A DNA stretch of 64,000 nt, taken from IMG/VR virus record IMGVR_UViG_3300015370_000568, positions 32,001-96,000 of that record; one strand, written 5' to 3'. This DNA comes from a virus. Each line of letters starts with the position of its first letter. Positions within the stretch are counted from its first letter, which is position 1. Position numbers and translations under genes: made by a program. Below the pieces are notes generated by a model that worked only from the letters and a program-made list of their open reading frames with translations, did no database searches and had not been told where the DNA came from. Of the stretch, positions 35,092 through 44,691 are shown in pieces.

Positions 35092-36205
35092 AGGATTTAT
35101 TCTCCAAATCTTTGAGACACTTCACTACGTAACTTAATTGTGCAGTATCTAGTTCTGCTGCAATTGGCAAAGACAGCACTTCTTGAGCTGCTAACTGTGT
35201 CTCAAATAAAGAAGGTCTATCACTAGAAAAATTCTTATTAAAGCAATGCATACAATGCAAAGGCTTTGGATAATATACTGCAGACGACACTCCTGCAATA
35301 GCTAAAGCTTCTTTCACCTGATTTCTGTTGCCATCACGTAGACGTACTGTGTACTGATTCCAGACATGCTCTCCTCGGATACGTTGCGGAAGAATGAGTT
35401 TGGTATTGTTGAGAGTTGCATCATAGAATGCAGCATGTAGCCCACGATGGGCAGCTATTTCGTCGAGATACTTCAACTTTATGTTAAGAAGAGCAGCCTG
35501 TATAGCATCTAAGCGAAAGTTACCACCAATAAACTCATGATGATACAGCTCGCTTCCCATACCATGATTACGAGCCATGCGAAGGTTATGTGCTATCATA
35601 TCATTATTCGTGACAGCCAAACCTCCATCTCCAAAGCCACCAAGGTTCTTCGAAGGAAAGAAAGAAAAGCAGCCGATCTGACCTAACGAACCTACCTTCC
35701 TACCATCTAAGGCAGCTCCAAATGCCTGACAAGCATCTTCGATAACTGACAATTCATACTGCTGAGCAATATTATTGATGGAATTCATGTCAGCTGGTTG
35801 ACCAAACAGATGAACTGGGATAATGGCCTTAGTCTTGCATGTAATAGCTTTTTCGATAAGCTCATAGTCTATTGTAAAGCAATCAGGCCTAATATCTACA
35901 AAAACAGGAATAGCTCCTATACGAGCAATTGCTCCAGCTGTAGCAAAGAAAGTAAAGGAAGGACAGATAATCTCATCTCCTGGCTCAATTCTTAGAGCCA
36001 GTAAAGCAGCAATTAAAGCATCAGTTCCAGAAGACATTCCGATAGCATACTTAACTCCTAAATACTTAGCACAAGCTTCTTCAAATACTTTTACTTCTTC
36101 ATCTAGAATATACTTGCCACTACGAAGAACGCGAATAGCAGCTTCTTCTAATTCTCTTTGGAATTTAGCATTGCCTTGAATAGGATCTAACATCCTAACT
36201 TTCAT
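35081..36205 (-). CDS. DegT-family aminotransferase (WbpE-like)
   Basis: SSGTDAL, FTFFATA, PVHLFGQ, EDACQA, SFFPSKNLGGFGDGG, NFRLDAIQAA. Confidence 0.95.
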   Translation of the reverse strand: MKVRMLDPIQGNAKFQRELEEAAIRVLRSGKYILDEEVKVFEEACAKYLGVKYAIGMSSGTDALIAALLALRIEPGDEIICPSFTFFATAGAIARIGAIPVFVDIRPDCFTIDYELIEKAITCKTKAIIPVHLFGQPADMNSINNIAQQYELSVIEDACQAFGAALDGRKVGSLGQIGCFSFFPSKNLGGFGDGGLAVTNNDMIAHNLRMARNHGMGSELYHHEFIGGNFRLDAIQAALLNIKLKYLDEIAAHRGLHAAFYDATLNNTKLILPQRIRGEHVWNQYTVRLRDGNRNQVKEALAIAGVSSAVYYPKPLHCMHCFNKNFSSDRPSLFETQLAAQEVLSLPIAAELDTAQLSYVVKCLKDLENKSYAS

Positions 36206-36882
36206 GATAGCACCTGCTTTAATATCTCTTTAAGCCTTCTATTGTCTCGTAAGTATTTTACAACACCATGACCTACGTATGGAACTTGATGTACTGTGAC
36301 CGAAAGAGAACAAGACAACAAAGATGCATGCTCTGTATCTGGAGATCCTTGCCCGTGATAAATAGTCAAAGGGATTGTCCCTCGATCTTTGAAATTGTCG
36401 AGATTAAGGTATTGAGGAGTTTTGGTCTGAGCCAAAATCTTATCCCATCCGTCCCAACGAGAATCACGGAGCTGAATTCTCTTATCTTTCGAAAGAAAAC
36501 AAATCGGAGAAAAAGCTAGAATCGAATCGACTCCTAGCAGATATCCAAAAAGAATTGCTCCATAGCCACCAGCAGAATTTCCACAAGCAACAATAGAATT
36601 GGTGATTTGATGATCTTGTAACAAAGTTTGCAAATAAACTTTTGTAGAAGAGATATCATGAGTAATTGGAGGAAGGCCTCGATGATACCAGGATTGGGCA
36701 AAATCTCTAACAAAAACTCTATTGCAATTGAAACCTTCTGTAACCTTAAAAAATTCTCTTGGAGGAATCTCTAATGCATTAGCTATTCCGCCAAAACATA
36801 ATAATGTCTTCCGATTAGAAAATATTTCCCCAAAGAATTCAACAGGAAGCATAATTAACTTCATCCAACAATTTCTGAGCAT
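36202..36882 (-). CDS. alpha/beta hydrolase (esterase-like); start may be 36852
   Basis: GNSAGG nucleophile elbow, AFSP, late Asp and His. Confidence 0.8.
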   Translation of the reverse strand: MLRNCWMKLIMLPVEFFGEIFSNRKTLLCFGGIANALEIPPREFFKVTEGFNCNRVFVRDFAQSWYHRGLPPITHDISSTKVYLQTLLQDHQITNSIVACGNSAGGYGAILFGYLLGVDSILAFSPICFLSKDKRIQLRDSRWDGWDKILAQTKTPQYLNLDNFKDRGTIPLTIYHGQGSPDTEHASLLSCSLSVTVHQVPYVGHGVVKYLRDNRRLKEILKQVLS

Positions 36883-37489
36883 TCAGTAAGGGTAAATACT
36901 TCTGTAAGAACTCTAATTGTTCCAGTTGCAAATACATTTTTCCAGCATTAGGAGGTAACTTTGTCGCATATCCTGGAGGTAAAGAGCCAATACGTCTAAG
37001 AGGATTTCCTACATACACCCCTTCGTTTAACAGACTTTTCACCACAACACTTCCTCCTCCAATAATTACATGAGGAGAAATATAAAGACCAGCTAAAAGA
37101 GATACTTGTGAACCAATAATAGAGCCAGCTCCAATATAAGTCAATAGCTGTGTGCCTTGTAACGAAGGCCGTCTATGTGTTACATGTTTAGTATGGTTGG
37201 TTACTACTCCTGGGCCCAAAAATACATCATCCTCAACAATATTGGCTTTGGACAGAATAGCTCCTGTACGAGCAACTACATTATTACCGACCCAACAGGC
37301 ACCTGTAGTAACACAATTATCGGCTAACTCTACTCCATCGCCGAAGTGGGTCCCCTTCTTTAGCATGACATAATTGCCTAACTTCACTTCCTTTCCCACG
37401 ACTACATCTTCTTCTATAATACAGAAATTGCCAATCTTTAAGCTAGCCCCATATTGAAAGGATGGATGTATGATATTGTGTGACAACAT
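36839..37489 (-). CDS. left-handed beta-helix acyltransferase
   Basis: Hexapeptide repeats, GGGSVVVKS..YVGNP. Confidence 0.88.
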   Translation of the reverse strand: MLSHNIIHPSFQYGASLKIGNFCIIEEDVVVGKEVKLGNYVMLKKGTHFGDGVELADNCVTTGACWVGNNVVARTGAILSKANIVEDDVFLGPGVVTNHTKHVTHRRPSLQGTQLLTYIGAGSIIGSQVSLLAGLYISPHVIIGGGSVVVKSLLNEGVYVGNPLRRIGSLPPGYATKLPPNAGKMYLQLEQLEFLQKYLPLLNAQKLLDEVNYASC

Positions 37490-37502
37490 ACTTTTCTCCT
37501 TG

Positions 37503-38213
37503 TTACTCTTTATACCCCAAAGTTTTAATGGCTAATGGTAACATCTCATTCAAAATATTTAGTTCATCTTTAGGTAAGCTTTTCCACCGTTCATCTCTCT
37601 TCTTTCCTTTATCTTGGAAGCTTGTATTGACATAATTAGCTGTCTGGATAGCAATAAGATGAGAATAGAATGCCTCGTCTAACTCTAAATCAAGATGTCT
37701 GAATATCAATTTCAAAGTAGATAAAGGATTATTCATCAGTTCCTCAAAAGATAAGAGAAAAAACTGTGAATTATCTCTTATTAAAGAAACTGATTCTGCT
37801 TCATTGCAGGCATGCCGACATAAAGTCCTGAGAAGATCCTTCCGCTTTTCCCCTTGCAACCGAGCACGTTTTGCTAAACTACAGATTCTGTTTCTAGGAT
37901 CACGAAGAAGATAAATGAACTTCCAGCTCCCAGGAAGAGAATTATAGAAACTAGGAGCACAACTAGCTGGTGGAGTCCACATATAAGCATCTAGACAATT
38001 TGAGAGTTGCGATTCGAGTCGACTTGGAACTGGCGTTGAAATCCCTCCATAAAAAAATCTTCCCTTTTTAGGAGGTAGCGTGTGAAGCCAGAATGGTTTC
38101 TCGTAAGATAAACCTCCAAATTTATTGTCACAAGTTCCTGGATGGCCGATGAGTATTGCTGTTAGGAAAGTGGATCCTGTCCGTTCTGATACTAAAAAAA
38201 GAGCACGACTCAT
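37503..38213 (-). CDS. sulfotransferase
   Basis: 5'-PSB ERTGST, 3'-PB YLLRDPRNRICS, LSFEEL, RWK..L. Confidence 0.85.
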   Translation of the reverse strand: MSRALFLVSERTGSTFLTAILIGHPGTCDNKFGGLSYEKPFWLHTLPPKKGRFFYGGISTPVPSRLESQLSNCLDAYMWTPPASCAPSFYNSLPGSWKFIYLLRDPRNRICSLAKRARLQGEKRKDLLRTLCRHACNEAESVSLIRDNSQFFLLSFEELMNNPLSTLKLIFRHLDLELDEAFYSHLIAIQTANYVNTSFQDKGKKRDERWKSLPKDELNILNEMLPLAIKTLGYKE

Positions 38214-38644
38214 CTTCTTCCTCTCTCTGCTGCAGGATTGCCATATATGAAACTATTAGGTGGCACATCTTTAGTTACAACTGCTCCGGCCCCTATTAGA
38301 GTCCCTTGGCCAATATGAATTCCACATAAAATTGTTACATTAGCTCCTATAGAAACATCATCCTCAATTTTTGTAGAAAGAAGCGTCCATGTTCCTACTG
38401 CTCTTGGATATCTATCATTAGTAAAACAAACATGAGGTCCGATAAAAACACGATTACCAATCAGAACACCTGGAGGAATAAAAGCAAATGCTCCAATTTT
38501 ACAATCATCTCCGACTTCTACCCCTTCTCCAATTTCTACAAAAGTAGCTATTTTAGTTCTTTTACCTATCGTGCATCTATATAAATTGACTAACTCTGGA
38601 TGTAATAACTGGACCCCTTCGCCTACCTGAACATTATCTAACAT
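38210..38644 (-). CDS. N-acetyltransferase (WbpD-like)
   Basis: VNLY.C.IG, FIGPHVCFTNDRYPRA, SIGANVTILCG, GAGAVVTKDVP. Confidence 0.92.
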   Translation of the reverse strand: MLDNVQVGEGVQLLHPELVNLYRCTIGKRTKIATFVEIGEGVEVGDDCKIGAFAFIPPGVLIGNRVFIGPHVCFTNDRYPRAVGTWTLLSTKIEDDVSIGANVTILCGIHIGQGTLIGAGAVVTKDVPPNSFIYGNPAAERGRR

Positions 38645-39593
38645 TATCTTCTCCCATTGCTTGAAGTGTTACTGATAATGTTTGTAAACTATTTTCCACT
38701 GTAACAATATTCTCTGTTTTTCCTGTTGTAACTGCAACAAGAAATTCAGCTAGTTCATCCTTTAGAGGTTCTCTTCGAAAGTTTACCATAACTTGATGGC
38801 TTGGTTCGCCATATTGTAATACGAAATCTGAGAAAGAAGAAACAGAAGCACTTATAGTAGGATTGAAAAAGATAATCTTTTGAGTAATCAAATCTACTTC
38901 ACAATAACCTAGAGTTCCGGTCACTTCCCATCTTCTAATTTTGACAGGAGAAATCCAATTAGCTTCACAGGTAACTGAAGCTGAACCAAACTGTAATAGA
39001 CATTGCGCTGCATTGACTAATGTATCTCGCGCATGTTGGCTCGTAACTATATAATCTGGTGTCTCTCCAAACAGAGATAAAGCCAGATCAAGATCATGTG
39101 TCATTAAGTCTAAAATGACATTATCAGCAGATCGAGGAGTTCCTCCTACTCTTTTTACATGAATAGAGATAATTTCCCCTAACTGTTCTCTTTGTATAAG
39201 AGAACATAATGCCCGAAAAGCAGGATTAAAACGCTCAATATATCCAACAGCAATAATTGTTTTTGCATTCTGAGCCATAGTTAAAAGAGCGGAAGCATCC
39301 TGCAAATTATCGCAAATAGGTTTCTCTACTAAAACAGGGAGACTATACTCTAGACATAATCTCGCAAGTGGATAATGTGTCTGAGTAGGTGTAGCTATAG
39401 ACATACAATCTAAATTTACTGTTCCAAGCATTGTTTCAACATCTTCGAACCAAGGAACTTGATACTTTTCTCCTAATTCTTTTGCAATACTAGCATCAGT
39501 ATCACAAACTGCTCCCAAAACACCTAATTCGTGATATACTCGTACATGATGACGGCCCATAGCTCCTAATCCAGCAACTCCGGCTTTATTCAT
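38634..39593 (-). CDS. Gfo/Idh/MocA oxidoreductase (WbpB-like)
   Basis: GLGAMG, ATPT..H, VLVEKP, GYIERFNPA, DLMTHDLD. Confidence 0.92.
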   Translation of the reverse strand: MNKAGVAGLGAMGRHHVRVYHELGVLGAVCDTDASIAKELGEKYQVPWFEDVETMLGTVNLDCMSIATPTQTHYPLARLCLEYSLPVLVEKPICDNLQDASALLTMAQNAKTIIAVGYIERFNPAFRALCSLIQREQLGEIISIHVKRVGGTPRSADNVILDLMTHDLDLALSLFGETPDYIVTSQHARDTLVNAAQCLLQFGSASVTCEANWISPVKIRRWEVTGTLGYCEVDLITQKIIFFNPTISASVSSFSDFVLQYGEPSHQVMVNFRREPLKDELAEFLVAVTTGKTENIVTVENSLQTLSVTLQAMGEDNVR

Positions 39594-40626
39594 TTAACAT
39601 CCTTTCTAAAAGTTGCTTAATTTGTTCTGCTTCTACGTCATAGTTTATCACCTTATCGAATTGCGCTAAAACCTTTTGAGACCAATGTAAATTCTCTTCT
39701 GGTTCAAGCATGCGTCTAATAAGACGACAATTCTCTGCTATACTAGCAGCTTCAAGGTTAAGACAAGTAACTCCAGGAATAAACAGTTTTGGTGCTTCTC
39801 CTCCAAAAACAAAGACATCACTCATCTGCGTAATTACCGGTCTGCCAGAAGCAAACCATCCCATGGCTGTATGGCCAAATCCATCAAGAGGTTTAATATG
39901 CCAACCAAGATTAGCTAATTGCATATACTTAGCAACACCTTGACTTCCTGACAAAGGTCCTTGCGGACAAGATGCTCCATATGCTCTCATATCTACTTCT
40001 GATAATAAACTCTTATAAGTGTTAAATATTGTTGCTCTTGGAAGACAATTGACCATACTAAAAACATTTTTTGTCTGACTATCAGGCGGAACATAAAAAT
40101 ACTGATCGGGATCAATCTCTTGATGATAGTAAATAACATCCTGAACAGAAGTAGGAGGAAAAGGAACTGAATGAATAACATACTTAATAGAAGTTCGTTG
40201 ACCTACGTTTCCTAATTGAGCCATTAGCTTAGCCTGAGGCTGATATTGATCTCTTAGTAACAAAAAAGGTTGATCGTGAGGTTGATATGTAGATAGAATT
40301 ATATCAAAAGACATATCACAAAAATGTTCAAAGGTAATAGCCTTATGATAAAATTGGTGCCCCGGATCCCAGGCAAAGTAGATATCGTCCTGAACATAAT
40401 GTTGGCCATTGAGATTTTTGTATGCATGCCAACCTTTTTGGTTGATATCTAGATACTGATGAACTGTATCTAATGCGTTTCCATAAGGTTCAGCAATTTT
40501 CCAGAACCCCTTCTGAAACCAATCTAGTCCAATTGGACGATAAAGTTCCCATCCTAATCTCGTCTCAAATAGACGATGCAAAGAAAAGTAAAGATCACCA
40601 TGATGAAAATCAGTAAAAACTTTCAT
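39586..40626 (-). CDS. GT-B glycosyltransferase-like
   Basis: DFHHGDLY N-term; HIKPLDGFGH...ASGRPVI. Confidence 0.7.
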   Translation of the reverse strand: MKVFTDFHHGDLYFSLHRLFETRLGWELYRPIGLDWFQKGFWKIAEPYGNALDTVHQYLDINQKGWHAYKNLNGQHYVQDDIYFAWDPGHQFYHKAITFEHFCDMSFDIILSTYQPHDQPFLLLRDQYQPQAKLMAQLGNVGQRTSIKYVIHSVPFPPTSVQDVIYYHQEIDPDQYFYVPPDSQTKNVFSMVNCLPRATIFNTYKSLLSEVDMRAYGASCPQGPLSGSQGVAKYMQLANLGWHIKPLDGFGHTAMGWFASGRPVITQMSDVFVFGGEAPKLFIPGVTCLNLEAASIAENCRLIRRMLEPEENLHWSQKVLAQFDKVINYDVEAEQIKQLLERMLNE

Positions 40627-41411
40627 CTTTCTCTCGCGGGATTGCCATAAGCTATAGACCTAGCTGCAATATTCTTTGTGACAACACTACCTGCTCCAAT
40701 CATAGCTCCATCTCCAACTTCAACTCCAGGCAAAACGATTGCTCCTAATCCTAGATATGCTTTTTTCCCAATCCTCCCCCGTCCTACTATAACTCCAGAA
40801 GTAATAATTGCTGCTTCTTCTATATATGCATTATGTCCTATGTTAACCAAATTTCCAATCTTAACTTTGTCTTGAATAATAGTATTCCCTATTGGTGATC
40901 TTGCAATTGCACAATTTGCCCCAATTTGTACATCATTACCAATAACCACCCCTCCAATATCTGGAAATGGCTCTTGATCAATAATCCCTAAACCAGGACC
41001 TCCAATAATGGTTCCTGCATGAATAAGGCATCTTAATCCAAGAGAGACACAGGGATATATTTGTACTGAAGGATGGATATACGACAGAGGCCGAGAAGAC
41101 ACTATGAAAGTACGAATTACCTGGGCAATTGCTTTTTTAGCATCAGCTACATAAAGAATAGTTGCTGCTGTAAAATCCTGAAGTTTTGGTGACAAAGTCT
41201 TATCGCTCAAAACAATCGCTGCCTGGATCTTTTGATGGCAGAACACTCGTTCTGTCACAAATGTCAACGATTGTATGTCGCTATTAGAAAGAGGACGAAT
41301 TTTATTGCAACTTTGAGATAAATCTCCATAGAATGAATCAGGACTAAGAATCAAAACAAGATCATAGGCTGTAATAGCCTTAGGAAACTCTGTGAGTTTA
41401 GCAAAAGACAT
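40623..41411 (-). CDS. LpxD-like hexapeptide acyltransferase
   Basis: GGVVIGNDVQIGAN..I.R, KIGNLVNIGHN, GAGSVVTK. Confidence 0.88.
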   Translation of the reverse strand: MSFAKLTEFPKAITAYDLVLILSPDSFYGDLSQSCNKIRPLSNSDIQSLTFVTERVFCHQKIQAAIVLSDKTLSPKLQDFTAATILYVADAKKAIAQVIRTFIVSSRPLSYIHPSVQIYPCVSLGLRCLIHAGTIIGGPGLGIIDQEPFPDIGGVVIGNDVQIGANCAIARSPIGNTIIQDKVKIGNLVNIGHNAYIEEAAIITSGVIVGRGRIGKKAYLGLGAIVLPGVEVGDGAMIGAGSVVTKNIAARSIAYGNPARER

Positions 41412-41438
41412 TGCATAACCCTGAAAAATATTGATATC

Positions 41439-42401
41439 TCACAAGATACTCCTAAACCATTGTTCAATAGCAATAGCTTCTTGAGCAAAATCCATATCTT
41501 GAGCAAACAAACGTACTATATCCTTAACCTTTGACTGATACACAGCAGGTTGCGCCCATTCACGCAATATTTCTGCTGCTTCTTGAAGAGACCTAATACT
41601 AGGATCGATATCGACACAATTTACACCATCATGCAAATAATCTTGTGCTAGAGTATAATGTGTTCTGCAATAATGTTTTTCAATGATTAAAGGCTTACCA
41701 CAAGAAAGAGCTTCACGCCCTGCATATCCACAACATCCTCCAGGCTTTACGTAATAAACAAACATTGATTTTTGAAGTTTGGTAACAAAATCAATTTGAG
41801 GAATACTTCCGATATGAAAAGAGAAATCAGGCATTGTTTTCTCTAAATCATAGAATTGTTTTATAGCGTCAGGGTAATTTCGTAAACGGTTAAAAGCATT
41901 ATCTACTCGTTGTTCTGGCAATAAAGAATTAGGAGAATAACATAAAGGATGTTCTGGATGATATCTGATCCAATTTATCTCTTTTGGCATAGGTGTTTTA
42001 ATAGACAGCAAGACATTCTTACATAACTTTGGCACTTCATGAATATTTGCAATATGGCAAATGTGTTTGGTAGTAGGCTTATTACTAGCCATCAATTGAG
42101 CAAAAACTAATTCATTACTCCAAGCAGTACTTACTAAAAAATCGACTTCCAAATCCAAAAAACTCTTGACTGATAATGATCGGTATTGATAATCTCCATA
42201 GACCGAATGGTTTGTTAGAAAACCATTTTCCTCACTAATTATAGAGGAATCGACAAGAGGCTGGGCCAGAACACCCTGTTCGGTCCAATCAGGAGTGATT
42301 GAAGAAGTCCATAGACGCCAACCTAAACGATGTTCAAAAAGAGTATACATAGAATAGAATAAATCTGGATGACCTACACAATCTACAAAGACATTAACCA
42401 T
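41439..42401 (-). CDS. GT-B glycosyltransferase-like, paralogue of 39586..40626
   Basis: HPDLFYSMYTLFEHRLGW; KPGGCCGYAGREALSCGKPLI. Confidence 0.7.
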   Translation of the reverse strand: MVNVFVDCVGHPDLFYSMYTLFEHRLGWRLWTSSITPDWTEQGVLAQPLVDSSIISEENGFLTNHSVYGDYQYRSLSVKSFLDLEVDFLVSTAWSNELVFAQLMASNKPTTKHICHIANIHEVPKLCKNVLLSIKTPMPKEINWIRYHPEHPLCYSPNSLLPEQRVDNAFNRLRNYPDAIKQFYDLEKTMPDFSFHIGSIPQIDFVTKLQKSMFVYYVKPGGCCGYAGREALSCGKPLIIEKHYCRTHYTLAQDYLHDGVNCVDIDPSIRSLQEAAEILREWAQPAVYQSKVKDIVRLFAQDMDFAQEAIAIEQWFRSIL

Positions 42402-43024
42402 GATGCGTCCCGTTTCATGACGTAACGTACTACCGAAAACCCTTCAGCTAAAGGCTTTCCTATAGCTGCACCTCTAATAACTGCTTGGCCTCGGATAACT
42501 GGCTCAGCAGTATAATATAGCTCTTGTTGTGTATGGTAGAAAGAAAAGAGAGAGAGCTTATCATTAATATCTTGCTCAGATAACTCAAGATAAAAATCAG
42601 CTGTAAATCCAGGACATGATCTTACACATTCATATCCAAGAATTGATCTATTCCGAAAGATACGATATGTTTCATCTGCTACTGTTTTATGATCCTGATG
42701 AATATCATTCCGCCAATGCGAGAAAATAACATCAGGATCAAACTCAGTTTTCTCTTGCTCTAATCTTGCACGAATTTCTCCAGCATGAGCTGCTAAGTTT
42801 CTATTAGTCATATTGAGCATTAATACTGACCCGCCTTGTCCTGTAAGATAATGCTCAACGGCTGCTTGTTCTTGCTCTATGCCATGATTTCTTGCCAAGT
42901 CAGTACAGCGGGAAAAAGAGAGATAACGGACTTTATGCTGTCGATCTCTTAGCAATAAAGAGAGAAAACCACCCGCCCCATGTTCTATATCATCAGTGTG
43001 GGCTCCTACAAACAGAAAGTTCAT
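42383..43024 (-). CDS. PIG-L/LmbE family de-N-acetylase
   Basis: GAHTDDIE.G.GG, DIHQDH, AEGF. Confidence 0.9.
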   Translation of the reverse strand: MNFLFVGAHTDDIEHGAGGFLSLLLRDRQHKVRYLSFSRCTDLARNHGIEQEQAAVEHYLTGQGGSVLMLNMTNRNLAAHAGEIRARLEQEKTEFDPDVIFSHWRNDIHQDHKTVADETYRIFRNRSILGYECVRSCPGFTADFYLELSEQDINDKLSLFSFYHTQQELYYTAEPVIRGQAVIRGAAIGKPLAEGFSVVRYVMKRDASWLMSL

Positions 43025-44046
43025 TGCGTTAGAAATTCTTGCCATTCCTGTTTAATCTTCTCTTTCCCAAACAATCTAATAGCATCTTCTCTACCTGTTC
43101 TACCTATCTCCTGAGCTACTTCAGGCATAGCCATCATAACTCTGATGGCATTATACAACTCTGCTTCATCATCAGCAATAAATCCATTAGCTCCATTGTT
43201 AATGAAGTCCTGAATTTCATAAAGAGGATAAGAAATCCATGCCGGATTACCATGCTTAGGTCCAATAGCTACAATAGGCATCCCCGTCATAGCCGCTTCA
43301 ATGTAATTCAAAGTGTAAGAAGCAGGATGAGTACCAGTATAGAAATAGACGCGGTTCTTCCGTAACTCTTCTAGCTGCTGTTCATACGTAACCTTCCCCA
43401 TTCCAAAACCTGGTTGATTATTCTCTGGTCCGAAAAGCTTACGAGTAAAAGGTCTTGTCACGCGCTCAAAAATCCCATAATTACAATGACTTCCCCGTTG
43501 TTCCATTGACTGAGCAAAGGTAATTACACACTCTTCTTCACCTGTATATCCTTTATATACTTCTGGGTCTTTATAGAAACGAATAATAGCATCTTCGCCA
43601 CAATAAGAGGGGATGTTTCTTTCCATGGGCGAGTAGCGAACTACTTGAAGACCATGATTTACATAAGGTTGAAGAGTTTGTTCGATATTGTGAATAGACT
43701 GGCCGATAGTTCTCCAAATCACTCGCTTATGTTTAATAGCCTGCCAGTTATTGGTAATCCAACGGGGGATATGCATAACAATAACTGCATCGAAAAGGTC
43801 AACAAATTCCCTGGTTAAGTGGTCCTTACCATCCTGACCAGGGAAAGCACTTCCGATACGGTCATATTGAGCTTTGATATCAGGATTAACTGTCATACCT
43901 GGAATACCTGGACGCATAGTAGGATCGCCAGGATTAGCAGGTTCTACATAGGCTCCTGGAGAAAAAACCTCATGGCCTAATTCTGAAAGAAGCAGAACTT
44001 CATCGTGTTCAAGGATTGAATGACAACTAAGATAAAGAATCCGCAT
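43021..44046 (-). CDS. GT4-like glycosyltransferase
   Basis: YTLNYIEAAMTGMPIV, NGANGFI, IGRTGRE. Confidence 0.85.
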   Translation of the reverse strand: MRILYLSCHSILEHDEVLLLSELGHEVFSPGAYVEPANPGDPTMRPGIPGMTVNPDIKAQYDRIGSAFPGQDGKDHLTREFVDLFDAVIVMHIPRWITNNWQAIKHKRVIWRTIGQSIHNIEQTLQPYVNHGLQVVRYSPMERNIPSYCGEDAIIRFYKDPEVYKGYTGEEECVITFAQSMEQRGSHCNYGIFERVTRPFTRKLFGPENNQPGFGMGKVTYEQQLEELRKNRVYFYTGTHPASYTLNYIEAAMTGMPIVAIGPKHGNPAWISYPLYEIQDFINNGANGFIADDEAELYNAIRVMMAMPEVAQEIGRTGREDAIRLFGKEKIKQEWQEFLTQ

Positions 44047-44055
44047 AGATAGCTC

Positions 44056-44691
44056 CTATCTTACTGACTGCTTTCTCCACCACAATGACTGTTGTAGATC
44101 TAGGAGACAGAGCCATTCCTTTCTATCAAGAAGAAGCTCTTTGAGAATAGCTGGTTTACCTCCTTCAGGTAATTGATTGTCATCGAGTAGAAGAATAGCT
44201 GTATCGGTTAGTTTATCTTCTGCTGCGAGGAATTCATGAAGACAATGGTTTTGTGCTTGAGCTCTACGAGCTGCTACATCTGGTAAATCATCCATAGGAA
44301 AATCTAGACTATCAAGATAGAGAAAATCAATAGCCGGCCCATCATATTCTTTCAAGAACTGTATCGAATCTCTTTTAACATATCTGATACACTTACTCCA
44401 TTCTTCTGTACATGATCGACAAACTTCTAGATTATGTCCATCAATATCAACAGTAACAAGACTACCTCCATATTGAGTTAGAAACTCGCCAAAGATGGAA
44501 GTACTCATTCCTGCCCCAAGATCATCAGCTAATCTTTGACAACCAGTCTCAACTACAACAGGATCTTTTGTCGTCTGAAGCAATAGATTTAACCCTACTT
44601 GCCAGGTCCAATAACGTGAATTGGCACCTGAAAAGTAATAGTTTTCAAACAGCCAGTTGTTAGGACTATCGGTGAACATGAAATTCTTCAC
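44056..44691 (-). CDS. class I SAM methyltransferase
   Basis: VVETG, TVDID, DSIQFL, DFLYLDS, LLDD. Confidence 0.85.
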   Translation of the reverse strand: MKNFMFTDSPNNWLFENYYFSGANSRYWTWQVGLNLLLQTTKDPVVVETGCQRLADDLGAGMSTSIFGEFLTQYGGSLVTVDIDGHNLEVCRSCTEEWSKCIRYVKRDSIQFLKEYDGPAIDFLYLDSLDFPMDDLPDVAARRAQAQNHCLHEFLAAEDKLTDTAILLLDDNQLPEGGKPAILKELLLDRKEWLCLLDLQQSLWWRKQSVR

